From Candidatus Woesearchaeota archaeon (GTDB taxonomy: Archaea; Nanobdellota; Nanobdellia; Woesearchaeales; GW2011-AR4): a stretch of DNA of 49,106 nucleotides. A program made the translations under genes and the position numbers. How positions within the stretch are numbered: the stretch's first letter is position 1; every line of letters begins with the position of its first letter. The stretch is from positions 1-49,106 of the forward strand of contig JACQSQ010000055.1 of assembly GCA_016211245.1 (NCBI GenBank). Direction: 5' to 3'. The notes beneath the pieces are model-generated. The model ran no database searches. It saw only the letters and a program-made list of their open reading frames with translations, and was not told the origin of the DNA. Shown here in pieces: positions 27,475-36,309 of the stretch.

Positions 27475-27780
27475 GGGGACGTCGTATAAAGGAGCAATCC
27501 GTACAGTCTGGTTATTATCACCGGCTCCAGACGAATGCAATTTCAAAGTTGCTCGCGTTCAAATGGAGCGATGAGCCAGTGAAATGCGAGTGAGCTTGGG
27601 ACATAAGCGAGCGGGTGAATGAGAGAGTGAGAGATGAGCTCTCACAAGTCACACGAGCTTTCGCATGTCACACGAACTCGCTCACAAATTCACGACAATG
27701 AATTACTGAAGGTGATACCGGTGGATTTTAGTAAGAAATTACTAAGAGCCGAAATTAGGGTTCGAATCCCTACGTCCCCA
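27475..27780 (+). tRNA. trnW: tRNA-Trp(CCA) with three introns (27490-27506, 27531-27716, 27725-27753)
   Basis: Acceptor GGGGACG/CGTCCCC-A, anticodon stem ACCGG/CCGGT with CCA at 27527-27529, T arm TAGGG-TTCGAAT-CCCTA; removing three BHB-like introns gives a 74-nt cloverleaf. Confidence 0.88.
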
Positions 27781-27830
27781 TATCCTTAATTTCCAAAAAT
27801 TTTAAATACAACAATTTTTTCTTGTTTTTT

Positions 27831-28187
27831 ATGAATCTAAATAAAGTTAAAGAGTTTTTAAAGCCAACAATTTTGAAGATGGTGATATTTATCATAGCAA
27901 ATGCATTCATTTTTTATTTGTCAAAAGAAAGCGTGTGCGGAGTAATTTTTTACTTTCCCTTCTGCTATAATGCTTATGGCTTGCCGTTATCATATGCTAT
28001 AAGCGGAGATATAGAAACTGCTGCAGGCCATATAAAAACTTTGCCTTTGGGCAATTACTACAGCAAAGCTGGCAGCTTCTTGCTTAATCCATCAGCTTTT
28101 GTATTTGATATGCTATTTGCTTATCTCGCCGCTTGCCTGATAGCGATGCTGCTAAAGACGCTCAATTTCAAAGCGCTCAAAACTTAA
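27831..28187 (+). CDS. Hypothetical membrane protein
   Basis: ORF with two hydrophobic segments and an upstream TATA (TTTAAATA at about 27801). Confidence 0.6.
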   Translation: MNLNKVKEFLKPTILKMVIFIIANAFIFYLSKESVCGVIFYFPFCYNAYGLPLSYAISGDIETAAGHIKTLPLGNYYSKAGSFLLNPSAFVFDMLFAYLAACLIAMLLKTLNFKALKT

Positions 28188-28515
28188 TTTTGTCTCCTAT
28201 CTCTGTTTTTTTTGCAGCTCCTGCAGGCAGCTCTATTGCGTACATCGCCTTTTTCCTGGATTTATAGAATGTGAATGGCTTAAAATTCTCTTTTTTGTCA
28301 ACAACAATCTTATTTTTGTTCAGGAATACGACGTCAATAGGATAAAAAACAAAAAGCATGTGCAGCGCAATGATTTGTTCTTTATTGAATTTAAAAATCA
28401 ATGTGTTTTTTTGTTTTGCGGAAAACATCAATCCAATAAATTTTGACAAGGCATCATGGCAGATTTTAGCATCATTGCTCATTGCTATTTTTTTTGTCAA
28501 ATTTCTTATCAGCAT
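28177..28515 (-). CDS. DUF192-family protein
   Basis: GLMF, HMLFVFYPIDVVFL, YAIELPAG. Confidence 0.85.
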   Translation of the reverse strand: MLIRNLTKKIAMSNDAKICHDALSKFIGLMFSAKQKNTLIFKFNKEQIIALHMLFVFYPIDVVFLNKNKIVVDKKENFKPFTFYKSRKKAMYAIELPAGAAKKTEIGDKIKF

Positions 28516-28599
28516 TTTTGTTTGTTACCTTTGTTGGACAACAAAAGTTTATATATTCTTTTGATTTTTTGATTAAAACTGGGGTAGGTTGTTAAATTT

Positions 28600-28648
28600 A
28601 AAATCAAAAGGTTTAAATATATGTTTAAAAATCACAAAGTTTAAATAT
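28600..28648 (+). promoter_or_regulatory. Tandem duplicated BRE-TATA promoter
   Basis: AAAATCAAAAGGTTTAAATAT (28600) and AAAATCACAAAGTTTAAATAT (28628). Confidence 0.55.
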
Positions 28649-28702
28649 TATTGTTGAAATTCAATATAATTCAATATTATCCATGCTGTTTGAGGATTAA
28701 TA

Positions 28703-31700
28703 ATGCAAAAAGAGGTAAAACATAGGTTATTTAATTCTCGGGATGCTAAGGTAAATTTAGTTATGCTAGTTGGTATAATTGCGATATTTATATTAATTTT
28801 CTTGTCGTTTGAAGTGCCGGTGGCAAACGCAATCTTTAACGTAACTCTAATTTCTCCAACTGATAAGGCAATTAATAGTTCAAGGACAATTAATTTTACT
28901 TTTAATGTTGTATTGGGCGGGACAGACGCAAGCCCTGATGATTTAGCAAATTGCAGCGTCTATACTAATATCACAGGAACATGGGCTAAAACTTTTACTA
29001 ATTCTTCCGGAGCTAATGGAGGAGTATCTTCCAATTTAACAAATTCAACAAGCGTGGTGAGCTGGATGAATTTTACTTTTAGCCGGGATGGATTATTCAA
29101 TTGGTCTGTGGAGTGCGAAAACGCTACTTTAGGGGCGGCAGGAATAGGCTATAACTTCTCACTCAATAGAAGCTTGTTAATTGATACTACAGTGCCAAGA
29201 GTGACTGGGCTTGTGCCAAACGCCTCATTCGCACAAATGTCAGACGCAGCAAACAGGCAATACCTTATAGGAAACTTTACAGGGTGGCCTATTCAGTTCT
29301 CAGTCAATGTTTCCGAAAACAATACATATAACGTATGGTATATCCTAAATTCCTCTATTTCAGCAGGAGTTAATGATGATTTGGAAAATACTACAAAGGG
29401 CGGCAGCATACCTACTGGAAATATAACTATGAATTTGCAGTCCCAAGGCAATGATTACAAAGTTTATGCAGCTAATGTCTCGCTGAACTTCTCAAGCCGA
29501 TGGAGAAATCCTGGGCCACATAGTGTCGTATTCTGCGCAAATGACACAGCAGGAAACAAAAAATGCTCTGGCTCCTATGACTTTGTAATTATGGGCCTTA
29601 ATGTAACAGACCTTATAAACTACATGAGGACCGTAACTTTTAATGATACAGCTAGCGTGAACATAACCTTCGGCAATGGAACAGTGCTTTCAGGAGGGGA
29701 TACTCCGGATGTTTATGATTCAGGAAATGCGTCTATAGAGAGCTTCATCAATCCTTTGGCCAAAAATTATACTTTCATTTTCAATTTCTCCGCATTTGGA
29801 AGAGTGAGCAGAGTGCATATTATTGGGCTTACAGTTGATGAAAAGCAATTGGGAAATGCAAGCAATACTAATATATCATCAGCCACATCATTGGAAGTGC
29901 TGCAAGCTATGGGAACTAGCTTTAATACCACAATGGCTGGAGCTGATTTCAGGAGATTCATTCCAGACTTTATAAGGTACAGATTTGGCATTATAGAAAT
30001 AAGAGGAACGGGCTATTCAAAGAGATTATACTGTTCAGGCGCTACTGTTTCAAGCCCTAATTGCTCATTAATCAGGCAATGTAATGCCTCTGTGTGGAGT
30101 GTATATAATAGCAGTGCCGAGATTGAAACTATTAACAGCGGAATTGACCCAGGCGACCCAGGCGCATGCTTCCTTGAAAGCGGAACATTGAATGGCGAAG
30201 CACTTAAATCAGGAAGCACATATGTACTTGTCAAGCATTTCTCAAATGGAGCTCTTGGAAATGAGACAATTGGACCTACATTCAATACCACCGTGCCAAC
30301 AAATGCTTCGGTAGTGAGCTTTAATACTTCATCAGTAGCAGCCAGGATGATAAACTTCTCTGTTTATGATACAGGCGGCATGGGAATCAATTTAACAAAA
30401 AACTATACAATCAATCTTACTATATATTTGGGAAGCACAAACATAAGGAACTTTACATATCTAAACCATAGCTCAACTAACTTGACATGCTACACCCTTG
30501 ATACAACAAGCCCCGGAAATACAACAGAGGTTTATTGCAATGCAACCTTTAACTTCAACAGCAACGGCACTTACATGTTTAATATGTCGGCTGTGGATGC
30601 AAGCAATAATGCTAATTTTAATATAAGTGGTAGGACACTTACAGTCGACCAGATACCGCCATTAGTTACTAACTTTACTGTTACAAATGGCAGCGACCTT
30701 AACATGTTGACTACTGATGCTATGACTTTTGGAAACATATCAATAGGAAGCACTAACCCGCTAAACACACCAGTAACTGGCACCGGCACTTGGGCGCAAG
30801 GAAGGCAAATGAGATTCTTTGCAAATGTGAGTGATAATTTAACTCAGCCATTGGATGTTGACTTGCAGTTATTCAACGAAAGCAGCGGAAGCTGGCAAAC
30901 GATAAATACTACAACTCATAATAATGTGACTGGAGCAAGAAACAATATGTCTGGAACTGGAACAAACTCAAACTGGACTATAAACTTAACTTATACTCCG
31001 TATATAGGCAGAGGCGTATTTGAGGGGCATAATGTAACTTTCAGGGTTTTGGTCAATGACACATTAGGAAACAGAAATACAAATGGCTCTGATGGAAGGG
31101 GCGTTGTAATGAACATTACTGTGCAGATTAACGACACGGTAAAGCCAACTTTACAGGTTACAATAGGGAACTCTACAAATTTGAATTATTCAAATTCAAC
31201 AAGCGCAACGCCAATGATAGTTTGGAATATCTCAGAAAGCAATGATATTAGATATATCGCAGTTCAGGTTGATAGCGAGACTAGCTCTTCATGTAATCTA
31301 TACACTAACTTTACAACCATATCTGATACACGCGCTAGGAGAAATGGCACGCTTACTGTAAAAGGCAAGGAAGACGATGCCAGCTGCACAGGACTCGCAA
31401 ATGGCACACATACTGTCAGATTAACATCAGAAGACGTTTGGGGCAATTCTGAATTATATATACATTCATTCCAATTGCAAAGCGGCAGGCCTGGACTAGT
31501 ATTTAACAATATTACAACCAGGGCATCAGGCGCAGGCGTTACTTCAAACAAGGCAATTGTAAATAATACAAATATAACCTCAAGCTTTGGGCTTGGATTC
31601 TATGGATTGGGAGGCTCAGTAAATATTCACAATTTAACTTATGTTTCAAGCTGTAATTCCTCTTCAACTGTTGTTTTCAACAATGGTACGGTAGTATATC

Positions 31701-34105
31701 CCTTTAATGAATCAACATGCCCAACTACATCCGGTAATCGAACATTGACAGTTACAGTAACTGATGAAAATGGTCAGTCTAACAGCACAGTCTTTGGATT
31801 TGTGGTTGACAATATTGGCCCAAATATAACACTAAACAGCCCGGTGGATACAGCGCAAATAGTAAATATTGGAAATATTAGCGTTACATCGTTCGATAAC
31901 GACAGCGGCATAAGCTCAATTGGCTATTATCTTGACAGCTATGAAGACAGAAGCGACACAAGATTTAACTTTACAGGCGTTAATTACTATCCAGCGAGTG
32001 CAGATTCTATTGAATTGGTAGGGGGCAAAGGCACAACATTTATCTTCAATACAACAATTAACTTCACTCCAGGCACTCATACAATCAAAATCAGCATAAA
32101 TGACACATTAGGAAATATCAAAAACAGCAGTTTGATAACATTCACAAAGACAGGTTCCTTCGACTTTTCTACTGTAAACTATAGCATGGACATATACTCA
32201 AATGACACATTTGGAGAGAGGCTTCAAAATGTAAGAATGAGGGTAAAAACAGGCGCCGGATATGAAGATACAACAACAACAAATGAAACATCAGGGAATG
32301 GAACATCAGCGCTAACAGTTGAAATTTTGTTTAATATAAATGGAAGCATCAATGTTTCATTGACTGAAATTAATACAACTGCTGTTAATTGGGACAAGAT
32401 AAATTTCACGCCATTTGTAAACGTAACTTCAACAACCTTTGCCGCCAATGGCATCCAGAATGTAACCCAAAAGATAGAGCTTAACTGGACAAATAAAGTA
32501 TCCCAAGCGGTTATATTTAATAATTCACTCTTGAATTTCGCACCTAATAATAACTCATATTATGGCATTGTTGTATTCCCGAAAAATACATCTGTAAACT
32601 CTTCCACAGCAAACAAAACAACAATACAAGAGTTCTGGTGGCTAACAGACGTGGGCAATGTAGCATCGAAGACCAATATAAGCAAATGCACTGAAGGATT
32701 TTCTTCAGCATCAGCCACACCTTGCTGGAATTACACTTCTGGCGGAAGGACAATAGTTCAGGTGCCTTATTTTGGCATTGTTGTAGCTGTAAATGATACA
32801 GAAGCGCCAACTGTAAATGGGACAATACCAAGGCAGTCTAACCAATCCACAGGAATGTTTGTGCCAAACATAACAGTATCATCAGATGCTGTATCCTGCT
32901 TATCGTCAGTAAACAGCACTGTGCCGAACGTAACCATGATTAAGAGCGGGAATATCTGCCTGGGCCAAACTGAAAGATTCAAGAATCTTAATTCCCTTGA
33001 TGGCAATTATAATTTCACCTTTACTGTTACAGATGCAGCAGGCAATATAAATCGATATGTCTGGAAATTTAACGTTACAGATGCATTAGCGCCAAATATG
33101 GGCTCTATAAGCTCAGGCGCAGACAGAACCACAGCAACTGTCACAATAAGCGACGTTAATGAATCAGTAAACGCTACAGTAATTCTGGGCACTAGTAATA
33201 GCTCATTAACAAGCATAGCTGTAGAGACAGACTTTAATACTACACAAGTAGTAAGCATATCTGGATTGACAGCAAGCACCACATATTTCTATAATGTGAC
33301 TGTTTGCGACTTTAATGGAAACTGCCTAGGTAATGGTACGCGCAGCTTCACAACAACTGCAGCAGCTGCAGCAGCATCAACTACCACAAGCAGTTCCAGC
33401 GGAGGAGGGGGCGGAGGAGCAGCGCCAGTAAGCAATACAGAATCTTCAACAGGAGCAGCTTGGGATGCTTTAGCAGCAGGCTCAACAGGAACCTTGACTT
33501 CAAAAGATGCAAAGATAGCAATTGTAGGAATAACATTTAGTGCAAAGAACGCATTGTCCAACCCATCTTTAAGCTTGGAAAGCATGAAATCAAACCCGCT
33601 TTCAACAGCTGCGGCAGGAAAAGTATACCAATATCTGCAAATATTGAACAAAAATATGGCTGACTCTGACATTTCAGGCGTTACAATAAACTTTAAAGTG
33701 CCAAGAGCATGGCTAACTGCAAATGGAGTTGCAGAAGGCGATGTAGCGCTTTACAGGTATAGCGGAGGCACTTGGAACCAGTTGTCAACTACAATGACAA
33801 GTTCGGACGCTGAATACGTGACTTATTCAGCATCTTCGCCAGGATTCAGCACATATGCTGTTGGAAACAAAGAAGCAGCTCCTGTAACTCAGCCAACAGA
33901 GCAGCCTACAACACCAACAGAAACGCCAACTATGCCTACAACACCAACAGAAACGCCAACTATGCCTACAACACCAACAGAAACGCCAACAGAAGAAGTG
34001 AAGAAAGGGATAGGCAAAGCAGCAGTTGCATGGATTGTAGTGCTTATAATCGCAGCTTTGGGCGCCTTGGGGTACTTCTTGTACCAGAAGAAGAAAGAAG
34101 CCTAA
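28703..34105 (+). CDS. Large cell-surface glycoprotein with Ig/FN3-like repeats and PGF-pre-PGF domain
   Basis: N-terminal hydrophobic signal; very dense N-x-S/T sequons; Ser/Gly linker; VYQY..I, F.V...W, SPGFSTYAV; Pro/Thr linker, TM, KKK tail. Confidence 0.85.
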   Translation: MQKEVKHRLFNSRDAKVNLVMLVGIIAIFILIFLSFEVPVANAIFNVTLISPTDKAINSSRTINFTFNVVLGGTDASPDDLANCSVYTNITGTWAKTFTNSSGANGGVSSNLTNSTSVVSWMNFTFSRDGLFNWSVECENATLGAAGIGYNFSLNRSLLIDTTVPRVTGLVPNASFAQMSDAANRQYLIGNFTGWPIQFSVNVSENNTYNVWYILNSSISAGVNDDLENTTKGGSIPTGNITMNLQSQGNDYKVYAANVSLNFSSRWRNPGPHSVVFCANDTAGNKKCSGSYDFVIMGLNVTDLINYMRTVTFNDTASVNITFGNGTVLSGGDTPDVYDSGNASIESFINPLAKNYTFIFNFSAFGRVSRVHIIGLTVDEKQLGNASNTNISSATSLEVLQAMGTSFNTTMAGADFRRFIPDFIRYRFGIIEIRGTGYSKRLYCSGATVSSPNCSLIRQCNASVWSVYNSSAEIETINSGIDPGDPGACFLESGTLNGEALKSGSTYVLVKHFSNGALGNETIGPTFNTTVPTNASVVSFNTSSVAARMINFSVYDTGGMGINLTKNYTINLTIYLGSTNIRNFTYLNHSSTNLTCYTLDTTSPGNTTEVYCNATFNFNSNGTYMFNMSAVDASNNANFNISGRTLTVDQIPPLVTNFTVTNGSDLNMLTTDAMTFGNISIGSTNPLNTPVTGTGTWAQGRQMRFFANVSDNLTQPLDVDLQLFNESSGSWQTINTTTHNNVTGARNNMSGTGTNSNWTINLTYTPYIGRGVFEGHNVTFRVLVNDTLGNRNTNGSDGRGVVMNITVQINDTVKPTLQVTIGNSTNLNYSNSTSATPMIVWNISESNDIRYIAVQVDSETSSSCNLYTNFTTISDTRARRNGTLTVKGKEDDASCTGLANGTHTVRLTSEDVWGNSELYIHSFQLQSGRPGLVFNNITTRASGAGVTSNKAIVNNTNITSSFGLGFYGLGGSVNIHNLTYVSSCNSSSTVVFNNGTVVYPFNESTCPTTSGNRTLTVTVTDENGQSNSTVFGFVVDNIGPNITLNSPVDTAQIVNIGNISVTSFDNDSGISSIGYYLDSYEDRSDTRFNFTGVNYYPASADSIELVGGKGTTFIFNTTINFTPGTHTIKISINDTLGNIKNSSLITFTKTGSFDFSTVNYSMDIYSNDTFGERLQNVRMRVKTGAGYEDTTTTNETSGNGTSALTVEILFNINGSINVSLTEINTTAVNWDKINFTPFVNVTSTTFAANGIQNVTQKIELNWTNKVSQAVIFNNSLLNFAPNNNSYYGIVVFPKNTSVNSSTANKTTIQEFWWLTDVGNVASKTNISKCTEGFSSASATPCWNYTSGGRTIVQVPYFGIVVAVNDTEAPTVNGTIPRQSNQSTGMFVPNITVSSDAVSCLSSVNSTVPNVTMIKSGNICLGQTERFKNLNSLDGNYNFTFTVTDAAGNINRYVWKFNVTDALAPNMGSISSGADRTTATVTISDVNESVNATVILGTSNSSLTSIAVETDFNTTQVVSISGLTASTTYFYNVTVCDFNGNCLGNGTRSFTTTAAAAAASTTTSSSSGGGGGGAAPVSNTESSTGAAWDALAAGSTGTLTSKDAKIAIVGITFSAKNALSNPSLSLESMKSNPLSTAAAGKVYQYLQILNKNMADSDISGVTINFKVPRAWLTANGVAEGDVALYRYSGGTWNQLSTTMTSSDAEYVTYSASSPGFSTYAVGNKEAAPVTQPTEQPTTPTETPTMPTTPTETPTMPTTPTETPTEEVKKGIGKAAVAWIVVLIIAALGALGYFLYQKKKEA
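33904..33990 (+). repeat. 30-bp tandem repeat x2.9 encoding (PTTPTETPTM)n
   Basis: GCCTACAACACCAACAGAAACGCCAACTAT at 33904, 33934 and 33964 (partial). Confidence 0.92.
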
Positions 34106-34123
34106 AAAACCACTTTTCCCCTC

Positions 34124-34977
34124 TTAAATATTTTTTAATTTTAAGCTACTAATGGGTGTATAAGCCTCTAAAGTACCTAAGTACCTTCTCGCAGGCATTT
34201 CAAATGAAAAAGTAAAGGCTGCTCTGGCAAACAATCCAAAATTTCCATTTGCCACAGTTCGTCATGCCTACCCAATAATCCCATTCCATGCCAAGCTTGC
34301 TCTCTAGTCCAGCATCGTACGCCTGCATAAAGCCTATTTTCCAGATTATCGTGAGTTATGCCTAGTCTTTGACAGTCTTCCCGCGGTATATTGATAAAGC
34401 TCTTAGCTATGTCAATATCATAATCCCTTAAATTATAATAAATTAATAAATGCGCGCTGCTAAGCCTAATGGCTTAAGTGTATCATATTTTTGAGGGTCT
34501 TCACCAAATACTTTGAGTGCTGCACATATAGTTCCTCTTATATCCAAAAGGTAAAAATGATAAGCAAGATCATCCTTGGGAAAAACAATCATTTTTCCAT
34601 ACCTTTTTGCGTAACAGCATAGATGATAAAATATCTTGCGTTTCAGAGCCAAAATCCTCTCTAAATCTTTGAGCCAGCTCAAAGCAATGCAATATCAGGT
34701 TATCCACAGAATCCTTAGGGTTTTGGGTAAAAGCTTCTTATCTTCAACAAAATGAATAGGGGATTTAAAGCCTTCTGGCACAGCCATATCACCATCAGCA
34801 ATGTCATCAATAATCCTCATTAAGGTAGTAAGACTCCAAGAAAGTTCGCCTATCAGAATTTCCGGATAGGTATTTGAAAACCCTTAATGCCCTAAGAAAC
34901 CATTTATAGTTTGAGCCTCTGGAAGACAGGTACGTAAATACATTGCCTCTTATATCTTCTGGGCTTTTAAAGTCCAT
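34124..34977 (-). pseudogene. Frameshifted squalene/phytoene-synthase-family gene
   Basis: Stitched frames give YY.MRIIDDIADGD and YYNLRDYDIDIAKSFINIPRED, the two Asp-rich motifs; about 5 frame breaks. Confidence 0.75.
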
Positions 34978-35070
34978 CCTAATAATGGAACAAGTGAGAA
35001 TTTAATAAACCTTATTACAGTGATAAGACAAGAATAATAATAAAAAACAAAAGAAAAAGATAGAATCTAT

Positions 35071-35505
35071 TTATTCTATCTTGGTTGTTATCTGCCCGGA
35101 GTTGGTGTGTGTTAGCCCACCAATATCAGATGAAGTGGTGTATGTAATGTTGAATGCCCCATTATATTTTGTGCCTGAATTGGTGCAGGTTAGTGTGTAT
35201 TGCTTTGTTCCGCTATTGCTTACCCCATCGGACAAGCCCGTTTGTGCTGTGCATTGCTGGGCTTTGACTGCAGTTACAGTTATATCATAACCCAATGAAT
35301 TCCTGAAGAAAACATCCAAGGATGTAGCGGTTGCCTTGTTGTCCAAACATGCGATTCCAGCCTGCATTGTGCACTTGCTTGGCAAAAACTTGTCAGGGCT
35401 CAAAACACCAAAATAAGCCAAAGCCCCTATGGCTACAAGAACAACAAGTATGGCCCAGCCATACGTCATTATGAATTCGAGAGCTGCCTGCGATTTTGTC
35501 CTCAT
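35071..35505 (-). CDS. Type IV pilin (class III signal peptide)
   Basis: KS-QAALEFIMTYGWAILVVLVAIGALAYFGV; GAGGTG SD; ATG at 35505. Confidence 0.88.
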   Translation of the reverse strand: MRTKSQAALEFIMTYGWAILVVLVAIGALAYFGVLSPDKFLPSKCTMQAGIACLDNKATATSLDVFFRNSLGYDITVTAVKAQQCTAQTGLSDGVSNSGTKQYTLTCTNSGTKYNGAFNITYTTSSDIGGLTHTNSGQITTKIE

Positions 35506-35559
35506 CAATTCCACCTCTATTTTATATTTATTTTTTGTAAATTATATAAATTTATTGAT

Positions 35560-36045
35560 TTATTCAATCTTGGTGTTTATTGTCCCATAAGCTGTCTTTG
35601 AAAGATTAGTGCTTTTTTCAGTGTATTTTATAATGACATCGCCTTTAAAAACTTCTTTTGTGACACCATTGCTGCATCCGGTTAAAATGAATGTGCTCTG
35701 CTCTTCGCTGGTCAAAGTTGTATTGAATGTATTGGAGCACTTGCCAATGTCAACCCTGTCAATAACCACGGTTTTTCCGTAGCCATTCTGGAAAACAATA
35801 ATTGACTGGGCTGCCTCAACTTTTGAGCTAATGCATGTAAGCCCTGTTTCTATCAGGCACTTTTCAGGCAGGAATTTTTCAGGGCTTAAAACCCCGAAAT
35901 AAGCCAAAGCGGCGATAGCAGCGAGAACAACAAGTATGGCCCAGCCATAAGTCATCAGGAATTCCATGGCGGCTTGAGATTTGCGCGAGCGTGCTCGCGA
36001 GATTACTGATTTTTTATTCTTAAGTTGAGCAGAAACAACCATCAT
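35560..36045 (-). CDS. Type IV pilin (class III signal peptide), paralog
   Basis: KS-QAAMEFLMTYGWAILVVLAAIAALAYFGV; GAGGTG SD. Confidence 0.88.
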   Translation of the reverse strand: MMVVSAQLKNKKSVISRARSRKSQAAMEFLMTYGWAILVVLAAIAALAYFGVLSPEKFLPEKCLIETGLTCISSKVEAAQSIIVFQNGYGKTVVIDRVDIGKCSNTFNTTLTSEEQSTFILTGCSNGVTKEVFKGDVIIKYTEKSTNLSKTAYGTINTKIE

Positions 36046-36150
36046 TTCACCTCATTTTATGCGTTTTGATTGATAACTTTTATTTTAAATAATAATTGAA
36101 TAACTAATATATAAATCTATCGCAATACTGCGTATTTCGAGATTTATAGC

Positions 36151-36238
36151 GGCGGACTTTAATTTTCGTATACAAATTGTAAAGTCCGCCTGATATAGGC
36201 AAGAAAATTATATACGAACATTAATGTCCTTGCCTATA
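36151..36238. other. Two adjacent inverted repeats with mutually complementary loops
   Basis: GGCGGACTTTA/TAAAGTCCGCC and TATAGGCAAG/CTTGCCTATA arms; loops contain TTCGTATA and TATACGAA. Confidence 0.7.
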
Positions 36239-36309
36239 AATTAAAAAACTTTTAATTTTTGTTTGAAGCTGCCAAAAAATACAGCACCTTCCGGAAATTT
36301 ACACTCCGA

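Noticed and set aside
27760..28200. Integrated element at the tRNA 3' end
   Set aside because: No integrase and no duplicated tRNA 3' segment seen in the window.
33904..33990. 30-bp repeats as a CRISPR array
   Set aside because: No spacers, in-frame within a CDS, and no cas genes in the window.
34443..34682. 79-aa ORF as an independent gene
   Set aside because: It is a fragment of the synthase pseudogene; only its second half is in the ancestral frame.
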